DNA from: Myxococcota bacterium
GTDB taxonomy: Bacteria > Myxococcota_A > UBA9160 > JAFDDA01
Direction: 5' to 3'
NCBI GenBank assembly: GCA_965228475.1
Contig: OZ245817.1
Span: 2,560,001 to 2,624,000, forward strand
DNA length: 64,000 bases
Part shown: one piece after another, positions 49,835-59,232 of the stretch
How the letters are laid out: each line of letters opens with the position of its first letter
Numbering within the stretch: the first letter of the stretch is position 1
The notes under the pieces: generated by a model
Told to the model about the DNA's origin: nothing
Databases searched by the model: none
The model's input: the letters and a program-made list of their open reading frames with translations, nothing else
Translations under genes and position numbers: made by a program

Positions 49835-49888
49835 CCTTCAGTCGGTTCTGAGCCTTCAGTCGGTTCCGGGCTTCGATCGGTTCCGACT
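49835..49888. repeat. About three copies of an 18-bp tandem repeat in the exbB leader
   Basis: CCTTCAGTCGGTTCTGAG / CCTTCAGTCGGTTCCGGG / (G)CTTCGATCGGTTCCGAC. Confidence 0.7.
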
Positions 49889-50155
49889 CTTTCGGCCGGC
49901 CCCGATTTCACTACGTGCCAAAGGTCACTTCGGCTACGCGGCCAGCGGAATCTACCGGACCGCTTGTGGGGCTGCACCGTCACCCGTGTTGCGTGCTTGC
50001 GTTGCACAGTTGCCGGTCGCTGCTGCGTTGACAGCGTGAGGGCCGAAGCCTACGATTTTTCGAGGGTTCGGGGGGTTTTCTCGAAGGGTGTTCGAACTCT
50101 TCGGGCGTTCCGAACGTCGCAAGGATGACGGCGCTGCCGTCGGCTAGCATCGGCC

Positions 50156-50201
50156 GACTCGCCTCGGCGAGCTCGTAGGACTCGCCGCGGCGAGCACGAA
50201 G
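50156..50201. repeat. Two tandem 23-bp palindromic units in the tonB leader
   Basis: GACTCGCCTCGGCGAGCTCGTAG / GACTCGCCGCGGCGAGCACGAAG (20/23 identical), each with CTCGCC-NN-GGCGAG. Confidence 0.75.
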
Positions 50202-50217
50202 GGAACTGACGTTCGGC

Positions 50218-51363
50218 ATGAAGGACGAAGCGTTCATCGTCCGTCGTAGACGGGCCCGTTCGACGCCGATGCGCTCACGCCGCATCGGCGCGGCCCTCGC
50301 TGCGGGCGGGGCCGGCGGCGGCAGCGGCGCCCCCGTCGAGTTCCCGGGCATCGACTTCGAAGACAAGGACCAGGCCGGCGGCCGCTGGGCCGGAATGGGC
50401 CTGGCCGCCCTGATCCACGGAGGGTTTCTCGCCTTCCTGATGGCCCTGGCGGCCCTGAACCCCGAGATCGCCGAAGAGATCATCGAGCTCCAGCTCATGA
50501 AGGAGCCGCCCGCCGCCAAGACCGACCCGGCGCCCGCCCGCCGCGTCGTCGCCGAGCGCCGCTCCGCGAACTTCGCGCCCCAGGCCCAGGCCCTGAAGGC
50601 CGACGTCGCGAACCCGAAGGTCGTGGCCCGCCGCTCGGCCATCGCCTCCAAGGCCTTCCAGGTCGACGCCGCCGGCGCGCGCGTCGCTCCCCGCCAGGTC
50701 ACCCGCGCGCGGGTCAACACCACGCGCGTGAACGCGATTGCCACCGTCGCCCAGCCGACCCGCACGGACCTGAACGTCGCCGACAGCGCGGCCCCGGCCC
50801 TGCGCTCGGCGAGCGTCACCGGGCCGACCGGCCCCTCGGTGGGCCCGCGCCAGATCGTCGCCAAGGGCGACTCGATCGGAACCGGGCCCTCCATGGTGAT
50901 CGGGCTCGGCGACACCTCCTCCGTACGCGACGGCATCGATTCCGACCGCGACGTGCTCGGCTCGAGCACGGGGCCGCGGCTCGCCAACGTCGACACCGCC
51001 ATCGGCCAGGGCCTCATGGACGGCAGCGGCGGCACGGGGCGCGGCGGCGTCGCCATGGGCGACTGCTATAAGCTGCCGGAGGTGCTCCAGTACCTCGAGT
51101 CGGTAAAGGTGAGAACGTTGGCTCGCTGGGTTCTCCCCCCGAACATCCCGGCCAACCAAGAGGTGGCCCTGCGCTTCAGGATTGACCCGGCAGGGACGGC
51201 CACGCGCGTCGACGTCGTCAGGACCGAGAACCAGGCGCTTGGCCAGAGCGCGGTAGACGCCCTCAAGAACGCTTCACCCTTCCCCGCCATGTCCGGCCGC
51301 GCGCGCTGCCTCTCGCGCGAACCCATCGTCGCGACGTTCCGCAACCCGAACGCCAGCGGATAG
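50218..51363 (+). CDS. TonB/TolA-like energy transducer
   Basis: TM with conserved His (AALIHGGF), long low-complexity linker, C-terminal YLESVK....RW..P...FRIDPAG....A..A...ASPFP. Confidence 0.8.
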   Translation: MKDEAFIVRRRRARSTPMRSRRIGAALAAGGAGGGSGAPVEFPGIDFEDKDQAGGRWAGMGLAALIHGGFLAFLMALAALNPEIAEEIIELQLMKEPPAAKTDPAPARRVVAERRSANFAPQAQALKADVANPKVVARRSAIASKAFQVDAAGARVAPRQVTRARVNTTRVNAIATVAQPTRTDLNVADSAAPALRSASVTGPTGPSVGPRQIVAKGDSIGTGPSMVIGLGDTSSVRDGIDSDRDVLGSSTGPRLANVDTAIGQGLMDGSGGTGRGGVAMGDCYKLPEVLQYLESVKVRTLARWVLPPNIPANQEVALRFRIDPAGTATRVDVVRTENQALGQSAVDALKNASPFPAMSGRARCLSREPIVATFRNPNASG

Positions 51364-51372
51364 ACTCCTCTC

Positions 51373-54300
51373 GTGATCGCCCGACGCTTCCTTGCCCCGT
51401 TGATCGTCCTGACCCTCGCCACCGGCAGCCCACCGGCAGCGGGCCGCTCGCCCGTCGTCCTCGAGTACGACGACGCCGAGCAGCTCAAGCTGAAGAAGGT
51501 CGATACCAACGGCGACGGCATGTACGACGAGCTCGTCCACTACCAGGACGGCAAGACGGTTCGGGCCGAGCGCGACGACGACCACGACGGCCGCATGGAC
51601 GTGACCATCCACTTCCGGGACGACGGCAAGACCCGGCTTCGCCAGGAGCGCGACACGAGCGGCAACGGCCGCATCGACCAGTGGGTCGACTTCGACGCCA
51701 ACGACCAGCCCGCCCTCCAGAAGACCGACCGCAACCAGGACGGCAAGCCCGATGCCACCATCACCTACCACCGCGGCCAGCCCGCCTCCGAAGAGCACGA
51801 TTCGAACTTCGACGGCAAGCCCGACCGCTTCGTCCGCTACGAGGGCGGAAAGCTCTCCTCGATCGACGAGGATCAGACCTACGACGGGAAGATCGACGTC
51901 CACGCGGTCTACGGCGCCGACGGCGAGAAGATCCGCGAGAAGCAGGACACCACGGGCGACGGCAACTTCGACGTCACCATCAACTACGAGAACGGGAAGA
52001 AGGTCCTGCTCTCCGAGGACGCCGACGCCAACGGCAAGCTCGAGCGCGTGACCTACTACCGCGACGAGGTCGTCACCAAGCGCGAGGCGGACACCACCGG
52101 GGACGGCCACTTCGACACCGTGGCCCTCTTCGAGGGCGGCACCGAGCGTTTCCAGTACCGCGACGAGGACGGCGACGGGCAGAACGAGTTCGTCATCACC
52201 TTCGCCGCCAACGGCGACCGGGAGCTCGAGGAGATCGACACCGACGGCGACGGGCGCCACGATGTCGTCCGCCGCTTCGAGAACGGCTTGAAGGCCCGCG
52301 AAGAGGAAGACCAGAACCACGACGGCAAGGTCGACCTGATCCGCGAGTTCCAGGGCGACCTGATCCTGAAGAGCCGGGCCGACGTGAACTTCGACGGCCG
52401 CATGGACACCTTCGTCGAGTACGCCGGCGGCGCCAAGCTCGAGCAGACCGAAGACCGCAACGGCGACCGCAAGCCCGACGCCCTCTACCGCTTCGACGAA
52501 AAGGGCCAGGTCGAGCTCGAGCAATTCGACGAGGACTTCGACGGCCACTACGAGATCGTGGCCGAGCGCAGCGGCGGGAAGATCGTGCGGCGCTCCGTCG
52601 ACGCCAAGAAGAAGGGCTCCCCCCAGCGCATCGAGCAGTTCGACGCGAACGAGCGGCTCGTGCAGGTCCAGCTCGACGAGAACGTCGACGGCCGCATCGA
52701 CGTGTGGAACTTCTATGGTGGGGGCAAGCGCCTCGTCCGCCAGGAGCAGGACCAGGACTTCGACGGGAACCCCGACGCCTGGATCGAGCTCGACCCGAAC
52801 ACCGGCAAGGAGACCGCCGTCCGCCGCGACACGGACGGCGACGGCAAACCCGACGTGTTTCGGCAGAACGACGTGAACGGCGTCGCCCAGAAGGTCGAGG
52901 AAGACCGCGACAAGGACGGCAAGGCGGACCGCTTCGTCTTCTACGAGGGCGGCCAGGCGGCCCGGTTCGAAGAGGACGACGACGGGGACGGCAAGCCCGA
53001 CGTCCGCGGCACGCTCGACGCCGACGGCAAGGTGGCCTTCGAGGAGCGCGAGCCCACGCGGGGCGGCGCCTTCAACCTTCGCGTCTTCTACGAAGGCGGC
53101 GAGAAGGTCAAGGAAGAGCGGGCCACCAAGGGCGATGGCAAGATCGACGTCGTCACCTTCTTTGCGGACGGCAAGCAGACCCGCCAGCAGCAGGACACGA
53201 CGGGCAAGGGTTCCTTCGACTCGACCATCGTCTTCGCCGACGGCAAGCAGGCCGAGCAGAGCCTCGACACCGACGGCGACGGCAAGCCCGACCAGGTCAC
53301 CCGCTTCGATTCGGACGGCCGCCCCGAGCGCGAGGAGATCGACCGCAACGGCGACGGCAAGCCCGACTTCGTGAAGTCCTACTCGCGCGGCAAGCTCGTC
53401 CGCGAAGAGGAAGACCGCGATCAGGACGGCGACTTCGACCTCGTCACCGAGTACGACGACGAGCTGCCGAAGCGCTCCGTCGAGGACGCCGACGGCGACG
53501 GCCGGCCCGAGATCGTGATCGACTACGAGAACGGGAAGAAAGCACGCCAGGAAGAAGACCCGGGCTCGGACGGACGCATCGACGTGGTCACCGTCTTCGA
53601 CGCGAACGAGCGGCCCGCCCGCATCGAAGTCGACGGCGACGAGGACGGACGCCGCGAAACCGTGCAGACCTTCACCGCCGGCCAGCTCGTGCGCGAAGAG
53701 AAGGACATGAACGGCGACGGGAAGCCGGACGTGATCTCGGAGTTCGAGAACGGCAAGCTCGCGCGCCAGGAGAAGGACGTCGACTTCGACGGCAAGCCCG
53801 ACCAGCGCGTCGTGGCCGGCGCCGACGGTGCCGCCGTGCAGGAGGCCGACTCCGATGGTGACGGCAAGATCGACACCTGGATCACCCTCGACGACCAGGG
53901 CCGCCCGAAACTCCGGCGCGAGGACCGCAACGGCGACGGCAAGCCCGAGCTCGTCGCGACCTTCAAGAACGGCGTGATCCAGCGCCTCGAGGAGGACGTG
54001 AACGGCGCGGGCTGCTTCACCCTGGTCCAGGACCACGACGCCGCCGGCGAGATCTCCTACGAGAAGCGGGACGCCAACGACGACTGCAAGTTCGACCTCT
54101 GGACCTGGCTCCAGAACGGCAAGATCCGCAAGCAGGCCGAGGACCCGCGCGGGACCGGCAAGGCCACCGTGCTCACCAAGTACGACGCCCAGCAGCGGCC
54201 CCAGCTCCAGGAGGTCGTGAGCGAGGGCAAGCGCCGGCCGGACAAGAAGCTCTTCCTACGCGCCAACGGCACCGTGCGCTCCCAGTGCGTGGACGGCGAC

Positions 54301-54636
54301 GGCAACGGCCGCCTCGACACGCGCATCCGCCTCGACGATGGCGGCAACGTCTCCGAAGTCGCCCTCGACACGGACGGCAACGGGGGCGTCGACCAGCAGG
54401 AGATCTACTCGGGCGGCATTCTCGTCCGCTTCGACGCGGACACCAACGCGGACGGCAAGGCCGACGTCGTCGAGCACCGCCAGGGCGACACCGTCACGCA
54501 CCAGGACCAGGACAGCGACTTCGACGGCGTGCTCGACTACCGCTTCGTCGGCGAGCAGGCGACCGAGATCAAGACGAAGGTCCCGGCCTTCGGGAGCCTC
54601 GGCTGCGGCAACTTCGATCCGTTCTGGCGGAGCTGA
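51373..54636 (+). CDS. Secreted protein of about 42 tandem 24-26-aa Dx[DN]xDGxxD beta-hairpin repeats
   Basis: Signal peptide, then repeats such as DTDGDGKPD-QVTRFDSDGRPEREEI and DRNGDGKPD-FVKSYSRGKLVREEE to the C-terminus; strong GC3 coding bias. Confidence 0.85.
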   Translation: MIARRFLAPLIVLTLATGSPPAAGRSPVVLEYDDAEQLKLKKVDTNGDGMYDELVHYQDGKTVRAERDDDHDGRMDVTIHFRDDGKTRLRQERDTSGNGRIDQWVDFDANDQPALQKTDRNQDGKPDATITYHRGQPASEEHDSNFDGKPDRFVRYEGGKLSSIDEDQTYDGKIDVHAVYGADGEKIREKQDTTGDGNFDVTINYENGKKVLLSEDADANGKLERVTYYRDEVVTKREADTTGDGHFDTVALFEGGTERFQYRDEDGDGQNEFVITFAANGDRELEEIDTDGDGRHDVVRRFENGLKAREEEDQNHDGKVDLIREFQGDLILKSRADVNFDGRMDTFVEYAGGAKLEQTEDRNGDRKPDALYRFDEKGQVELEQFDEDFDGHYEIVAERSGGKIVRRSVDAKKKGSPQRIEQFDANERLVQVQLDENVDGRIDVWNFYGGGKRLVRQEQDQDFDGNPDAWIELDPNTGKETAVRRDTDGDGKPDVFRQNDVNGVAQKVEEDRDKDGKADRFVFYEGGQAARFEEDDDGDGKPDVRGTLDADGKVAFEEREPTRGGAFNLRVFYEGGEKVKEERATKGDGKIDVVTFFADGKQTRQQQDTTGKGSFDSTIVFADGKQAEQSLDTDGDGKPDQVTRFDSDGRPEREEIDRNGDGKPDFVKSYSRGKLVREEEDRDQDGDFDLVTEYDDELPKRSVEDADGDGRPEIVIDYENGKKARQEEDPGSDGRIDVVTVFDANERPARIEVDGDEDGRRETVQTFTAGQLVREEKDMNGDGKPDVISEFENGKLARQEKDVDFDGKPDQRVVAGADGAAVQEADSDGDGKIDTWITLDDQGRPKLRREDRNGDGKPELVATFKNGVIQRLEEDVNGAGCFTLVQDHDAAGEISYEKRDANDDCKFDLWTWLQNGKIRKQAEDPRGTGKATVLTKYDAQQRPQLQEVVSEGKRRPDKKLFLRANGTVRSQCVDGDGNGRLDTRIRLDDGGNVSEVALDTDGNGGVDQQEIYSGGILVRFDADTNADGKADVVEHRQGDTVTHQDQDSDFDGVLDYRFVGEQATEIKTKVPAFGSLGCGNFDPFWRS

Positions 54637-54651
54637 CCGGCTCCCCAGCCC

Positions 54652-54969
54652 CTACGGACAGCTGTAGATCCCGTAGACCCGCTCGCCCGAGGCCACGTCT
54701 TCGAGGGGCGACACGGCGTTCCCGCCCATGTTCACCGCTTCCTGACGCGCCAGCCGTTCGAGCTCCTCTTCGACCTTGCTCCCGCGGCGCGGGATGAAGC
54801 CGACCTTGTCGAGCGTTCGGGTGTGGGTCTTCCCGAGGCGCTTACATCCGGCCACGTCGCCCGCCGCCCGGACGTTCACGGCTTCCGCGCGCGGCCCGAG
54901 GGCGACCCAGGTGCAACCCGTCGCCAAGAGACCGCCCAGAACGGCCGCGGAGATCGTTCGTCTGCTCAT
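54652..54969 (-). CDS. Small lipoprotein, DUF4156-like
   Basis: Lipobox LATGC-TWVAL; C..LG; LARQEAVNMGGNAV; ends YSCP; GGAGG RBS. Confidence 0.75.
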   Translation of the reverse strand: MSRRTISAAVLGGLLATGCTWVALGPRAEAVNVRAAGDVAGCKRLGKTHTRTLDKVGFIPRRGSKVEEELERLARQEAVNMGGNAVSPLEDVASGERVYGIYSCP

Positions 54970-55130
54970 GCCTTCGGATCCTCCTCCACGAATGGACGCC
55001 GCTGCCGGGCTCCGAGTTCTCGGAAGGGCGAAACGCCGGCCGGCCCCGGGCCAACCCGGGCGAGGTTCGCCCGTTTCGCCCGGCTTCGCCCACCCGGGCG
55101 TGCGCGGCGCCGACTCTGCCGCCCGCCGCG

Positions 55131-55146
55131 CGGCATGCCTCTTGCT
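55131..55146 (+). promoter_or_regulatory. Sigma-54 (-24/-12) promoter of the enhancer-binding protein gene
   Basis: CGGCATGCCTCTTGCT, GG-N10-GC spacing, 35 bp before the GTG with AGGAGG RBS. Confidence 0.7.
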
Positions 55147-55181
55147 CTCCCCCTGCACGGGACGGGGAACAGGAGGAAACC

Positions 55182-56528
55182 GTGAAGCTTCGTACGATTC
55201 TCTGGGTGGGTTCGGGGGACGGCCGCGGCGCGAGCGTCGTCAGCGATGCCGTGAGCCTCGACGTGGCCTGGGCGCGGGATGCGGAGGACGCCCTGGCCCT
55301 CCCCCTCGCCGCCTTCGAGGCGCTCGTGGTGGATGCCGGCTCGGCCCGCACGGCGCGCGCGACGATCGCGGCATTGCGCGAGGCGGAACCGAGCGCGGCC
55401 ATCCTCGTGCGGATCGACCCCGCCGAGCGCGCGGACGCGGCCCTGCTCGAGAGCGCGGGTGCCTCGCGCGTGATGCTGCGCCCGACCGAACACGCCCGGC
55501 CCGGCGCCGACGCCGAGGCGATCGTGCAGGAGCTCGACCGTCTCCCCCGCAGAAGCCCTTCCACCCCGCCGCCGGCGCGCGGGCTCGACGCCCTCGTCGG
55601 GAACAGCCGCGCACTGCAGGCCCTGCGAACCCTCGCGCGCCGCGCCGCGCGCTCCCAGGCCTCGATTCTCGTCTCGGGCGAGACGGGGACCGGCAAGGAG
55701 CTGCTCGCGCGTGCGATCCACGAAGAAAGCCCGCGCAGCAAGGGCCCCTTCATTGCGATCAACTGCGCCGCGTTCCCCGAGACCCTGCTCGAGAGCGAAC
55801 TCTTCGGCCACGCCAAGGGCGCCTTCACGGGCGCCGACCGGGAGCGCAAGGGCCTGTTCGCCGCAGCCGACCGCGGCACGCTCTTCCTCGACGAAGTCGG
55901 CGAGACCTCCGCCGGGCTCCAGGCGAAGCTCCTGCGGGCGCTGCAGGAGGGCGAGGTCCGGCCCGTAGGAGGAACGGCCGCGCGGCGGGTGGACGCGCGC
56001 ATCGTCGCCGCCACCAACCGCGACCTCGAAGAGGAGATCGAACGCGGCGGCTTCCGCGAAGACCTCTTCTACCGCCTCGCCGTCTTCCCGCTCCGCATGC
56101 CCTCGCTGCGGGAGCGCATCGACGACGTCGTCCCCCTGGCCGAACACTTCACCGCACGGCAGGCCGAGAAGCGTGGCGAACTCGTCTCTCGCTTGGCCCC
56201 GGCGGCAGAAGAGATCCTCCAGCTCCACGCCTGGCCGGGAAACGTCCGCGAGCTCCAGAACGAGATCGAACGCGCGCTCGCCCTGGCGGAGCCCGGCCAG
56301 CCGCTCCGCCCGGAACACTTCTCCGAACGGCTGGCCTCGGCCCGCGGCGCCCTCGGCAACGTCACGGGCCCCACCGGCACCCTGCGCGACGCCATGGACC
56401 GCGTCGAGGCCTGGTACCTCCGCCGCGCCCTCGCCGAAAACGCCGGCCGCCGCGCGGCCACGGCGCGCAAGCTCGGCATCACGCGCGAGGGGCTCTACAA
56501 GAAGATGAAGCGGCTGGGGGTCGAGTGA
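55182..56528 (+). CDS. Sigma-54-dependent enhancer-binding protein (AAA+, Fis-type HTH) with degenerate receiver-like N-terminus
   Basis: GETGTGKE, ESELFGH, GAFTGA, LFLDE, FREDLFYRL, WPGNVREL, ARKLGITREGLYKK. Confidence 0.95.
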   Translation: MKLRTILWVGSGDGRGASVVSDAVSLDVAWARDAEDALALPLAAFEALVVDAGSARTARATIAALREAEPSAAILVRIDPAERADAALLESAGASRVMLRPTEHARPGADAEAIVQELDRLPRRSPSTPPPARGLDALVGNSRALQALRTLARRAARSQASILVSGETGTGKELLARAIHEESPRSKGPFIAINCAAFPETLLESELFGHAKGAFTGADRERKGLFAAADRGTLFLDEVGETSAGLQAKLLRALQEGEVRPVGGTAARRVDARIVAATNRDLEEEIERGGFREDLFYRLAVFPLRMPSLRERIDDVVPLAEHFTARQAEKRGELVSRLAPAAEEILQLHAWPGNVRELQNEIERALALAEPGQPLRPEHFSERLASARGALGNVTGPTGTLRDAMDRVEAWYLRRALAENAGRRAATARKLGITREGLYKKMKRLGVE

Positions 56529-56561
56529 GTGACCGCCGCGCGGCGACGGCGTTGTCCGGCT

Positions 56562-57476
56562 TCAATCTCGCCCGGCACTCGACTCGAGATGCCCCGCGAG
56601 CGCTTCCCCGAGAAAGTCGAAGACCAGCCGGATGCGCCGGCTGGTGTGAAGCTCGCGATGCGTCGCGAGCCAGAGGGGCATCGGAATGGGGGCAAGCTCG
56701 GGCAGTGCGCACTCGAGCTCCGGGATGCCCATCGCGATGTGGCTCGGCATGGGTGCAACGCCGAAGCCGCGCCGGACCAGCTCCACGACCACCGTGCCGC
56801 TCGACGTAGTGGTCCTGAAGTTGTCGGGCGTGAGGGACAGACCGAGCGCGTTCCACTCAGGAACGAACCGCTCTGGTTGCTCAGGCCCGACGAAGTCGGC
56901 CTCGGACAGATCCCGGGGGCCCGTGGGACGACCGTGCTCCTTCAAGTACTCGGACGACGCGTAGAAGCGAGCGTGAATCTCGCCGATCCGGCGGGCGATC
57001 AGGCTGGGCTGCTCGGGGCGAACGTGCCGGATCGCAATGTCTGCCTCACGCCGAGTCAGGTCATGCACCTCATTCGACGCGACGATCTCGATCTCGATCT
57101 GGGGCGCCACCTCCTGGAGCCCTTTCAACCATTCCGGGAGCAGATAGGTCGCGACCAGGTCGGAGGCCGAAACGCGGACCTGCCCCTCGATCGCTTGAGA
57201 CTGCCCGGACGCCGCCAGCGAGATGCGCGCGGCGGCAGCTCCCATTGCGCGGAAGTGCTCCAACAGATCGATCCCCGACCGGGTGAGGGACAAGGACCGC
57301 CCGCTCCTCTCGAACAGTGCCACGCCGAGTTCCGCCTCGAGGGCGCTCACCTGACGGCCGACTGTTGGCTGGGTAAGTCCCAGCACCCGCGCAGCTGCGG
57401 AAAGAGAGCCCTCATCTGCCGTCGCCAGGAACGCTCGCGCCTGGTTCCAATCGAAACGGATGGCTTGCCAATTCAT
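56562..57476 (-). CDS. LysR-family transcriptional regulator
   Basis: DWNQARAFL..GSLSAAARVLGLTQPTVGRQVSALE, LFER, DLTRREADIAIR, HREL. Confidence 0.95.
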   Translation of the reverse strand: MNWQAIRFDWNQARAFLATADEGSLSAAARVLGLTQPTVGRQVSALEAELGVALFERSGRSLSLTRSGIDLLEHFRAMGAAAARISLAASGQSQAIEGQVRVSASDLVATYLLPEWLKGLQEVAPQIEIEIVASNEVHDLTRREADIAIRHVRPEQPSLIARRIGEIHARFYASSEYLKEHGRPTGPRDLSEADFVGPEQPERFVPEWNALGLSLTPDNFRTTTSSGTVVVELVRRGFGVAPMPSHIAMGIPELECALPELAPIPMPLWLATHRELHTSRRIRLVFDFLGEALAGHLESSAGRD

Positions 57477-57493
57477 GCATATACGCATATCAG

Positions 57494-57531
57494 ATGCGCG
57501 ATTCTGGTCAATTGATCACAGAAATTCGCAT
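57494..57531. promoter_or_regulatory. Imperfect palindrome in the lysR/methyltransferase divergent promoter
   Basis: ATGCG-CGA-TTCTG-GTCAATTGATCA-CAGAA-ATT-CGCAT, AT-rich. Confidence 0.5.
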
Positions 57532-57608
57532 GTCATGATCGGGTCTCGCCGCTCCAACGCGCTTTGCGCGTGGAACACCGCGGAGCACGCGTTCCGGAAA
57601 GGAGACCG

Positions 57609-58229
57609 ATGACTAAAGCCGCGCGCTTCTGGAACCGCCACGCCGACAGCTACGCGAAGAAACCGATCCAAGACGAGGCGAGCTTCCGCCAGACCCTGGA
57701 CCGGACCCGGAGCTACCTGTCGCCGGGCGATCGAGTCCTGGAGATCGGCTGCGGGACCGGGACGGCTGCGCTGCTGCTCGCACCGAGCGTCGCGCAGATC
57801 ACCGCCACCGACATCTCATCTCGCATGGTCGAGATCGGTCGGGAGAAGGCGGCAGCCGAGAACGTGGAGAACGTTCGCTTCGCGGAGGCGACGCTCTTCG
57901 ACGCGGATCTGGACCGCGGACCTTTCGACGTGATCACCGCCTTCAACAGCCTGCACGTGATCGGGAACCTCCCCGATGGCCTCGTCGAGATCAGGGAGCG
58001 TCTCGAGCCAGGCGGCTTCCTCATCTCGAAGACGCCCTGCGTTGGCGAGATGAACCCCCTCGTGCGCGTCGGCATCTCGGTGATGAAGCCGCTCGGCCTC
58101 GCGCCCCCCCTCGACTACCTGAGGGCGACGGAACTCGAGGACCACATCACGGGTGCGGGCTTCGCGATCCTCGAGACCGCCTTCCGTCCACACCCCGTCC
58201 GATTCATCGTGGCGCAGAAACCGGAGTAG
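57609..58229 (+). CDS. Class I SAM-dependent methyltransferase
   Basis: FWNRHA..Y, VLEIGCGTG, TDIS, FDVITAFN, LEPGG; AGGAG RBS. Confidence 0.9.
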   Translation: MTKAARFWNRHADSYAKKPIQDEASFRQTLDRTRSYLSPGDRVLEIGCGTGTAALLLAPSVAQITATDISSRMVEIGREKAAAENVENVRFAEATLFDADLDRGPFDVITAFNSLHVIGNLPDGLVEIRERLEPGGFLISKTPCVGEMNPLVRVGISVMKPLGLAPPLDYLRATELEDHITGAGFAILETAFRPHPVRFIVAQKPE

Positions 58230-58408
58230 AGAAGCCACGACCCGGCAGGGTCCAGCTACGACCGCTCGTCTAAGCGGTGGACGCCCGCTTCGGCCGTCCA
58301 TCCGACCCATCTCGTCGAGACCTGGAACCGGGTTGGCGCTGGGCTTCCCGGGCCCGCGACACTACCGTCGAGCACGGAGAGCGCTCCCGCTCTCCAGGAG
58401 GAGGAACC

Positions 58409-59160
58409 ATGAGTCTCGAAGGCATGAACGCGGTCGTCACGGGAGCCGCATCGGGAATCGGCCGGGCTTCGGCCGTCCGCCTCGCCGAGGACGGTGCAGA
58501 CGTCGCGATCCTCGACGTCAACGAAGCGGTCTCGCCGGAACGGCGGAACTCGTGGAACGGGCCGGCCGACGCAGCCTGCCCGTTCGACTGGATCTCCTGG
58601 AGCGCGATGAAATCCGCGAAGCGTTCGACACCGTCCAGAAGAACCTCGGGGCGATCACGATCCTTCACAACAACGCTGGCGGGAGCCTGCGTGAAGGCAT
58701 CCGGACCTTCCCGAAGTCCGACCATGAGCAGTGGGACTACATGGTCACGCTCAACCTGCGGCAGGCGGTCGACTGCACCCGCCGGGTCCTGCCCGCGATG
58801 ATCGAGGCCCGGTACGGGCGGATCATCAACACGTCTTCCGAGATGGCCTTCCGAACCGGCCACGGCATGACCGACTACACGGCCGCGAAGGCGGGCCTGC
58901 TCGGGTTCACGCGCTCGCTCGCGAACGAGGTGGGCCAGTACGGGATCACGGTCAACGCCGTCTGCCCCGGGGCCACGCGCACGCCCCTCTCCGAGCGGAT
59001 GCCCGAGGAGCACATGCAGCGCACGGTCTCGCAGATTCCGCTCGGGCGCCTGGGCGAGCCCGAGGAGATCGCCCACGCCGTTTCGTTCTTCGCGAGCCCC
59101 GGAGCCTCCTACGTGACGGGCGAGCACCTGCTCGTCACGGGTGGCCGCACGGTGCATTGA
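58409..59160 (+). pseudogene. FabG-like SDR oxidoreductase with a single frameshift near 58528
   Basis: TGAASGIG..ILDVNEA in one frame; GLAGTAEL..NNAG..YTAAK..NAVCPG in another; one added G (GCGGT to GCGGGT) joins them. May be a sequencing error. Confidence 0.75.
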
Positions 59161-59232
59161 GGCCCGCGAGACGCGCAACGAGAGGCTGAAGCGCCTCGCG
59201 GCCAAGTGGGGATGCCCCGCTACCCTGGGCGG

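Noticed and set aside
49905..49920. TGGCAC on the minus strand upstream of exbB as a sigma-54 promoter
   Set aside because: No TTGC/GC at the -12 position (reads TGGCACGTAGTGAAAT)
49835..50201. Tandem repeats as a mini-CRISPR
   Set aside because: Units are contiguous with no spacers and there are no cas genes
45579..51363. Calling the Gld-like ABC and TolQR/TonB genes a gliding-motility locus
   Set aside because: These families are widespread and no other Gld or Glt components are recognisable in the window
51274..54036. 920-aa antisense ORF over the repeat gene
   Set aside because: Val/Leu/Ala-rich mirror of GAC/GAG/AAG-rich sense codons
51373..54636. Repeat protein as an RHS toxin (C-terminal DPFW resembling DPxG)
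   Set aside because: No RHS-associated core, no toxin domain after the motif, no immunity gene or secretion adaptor; only the hairpin resemblance is retained
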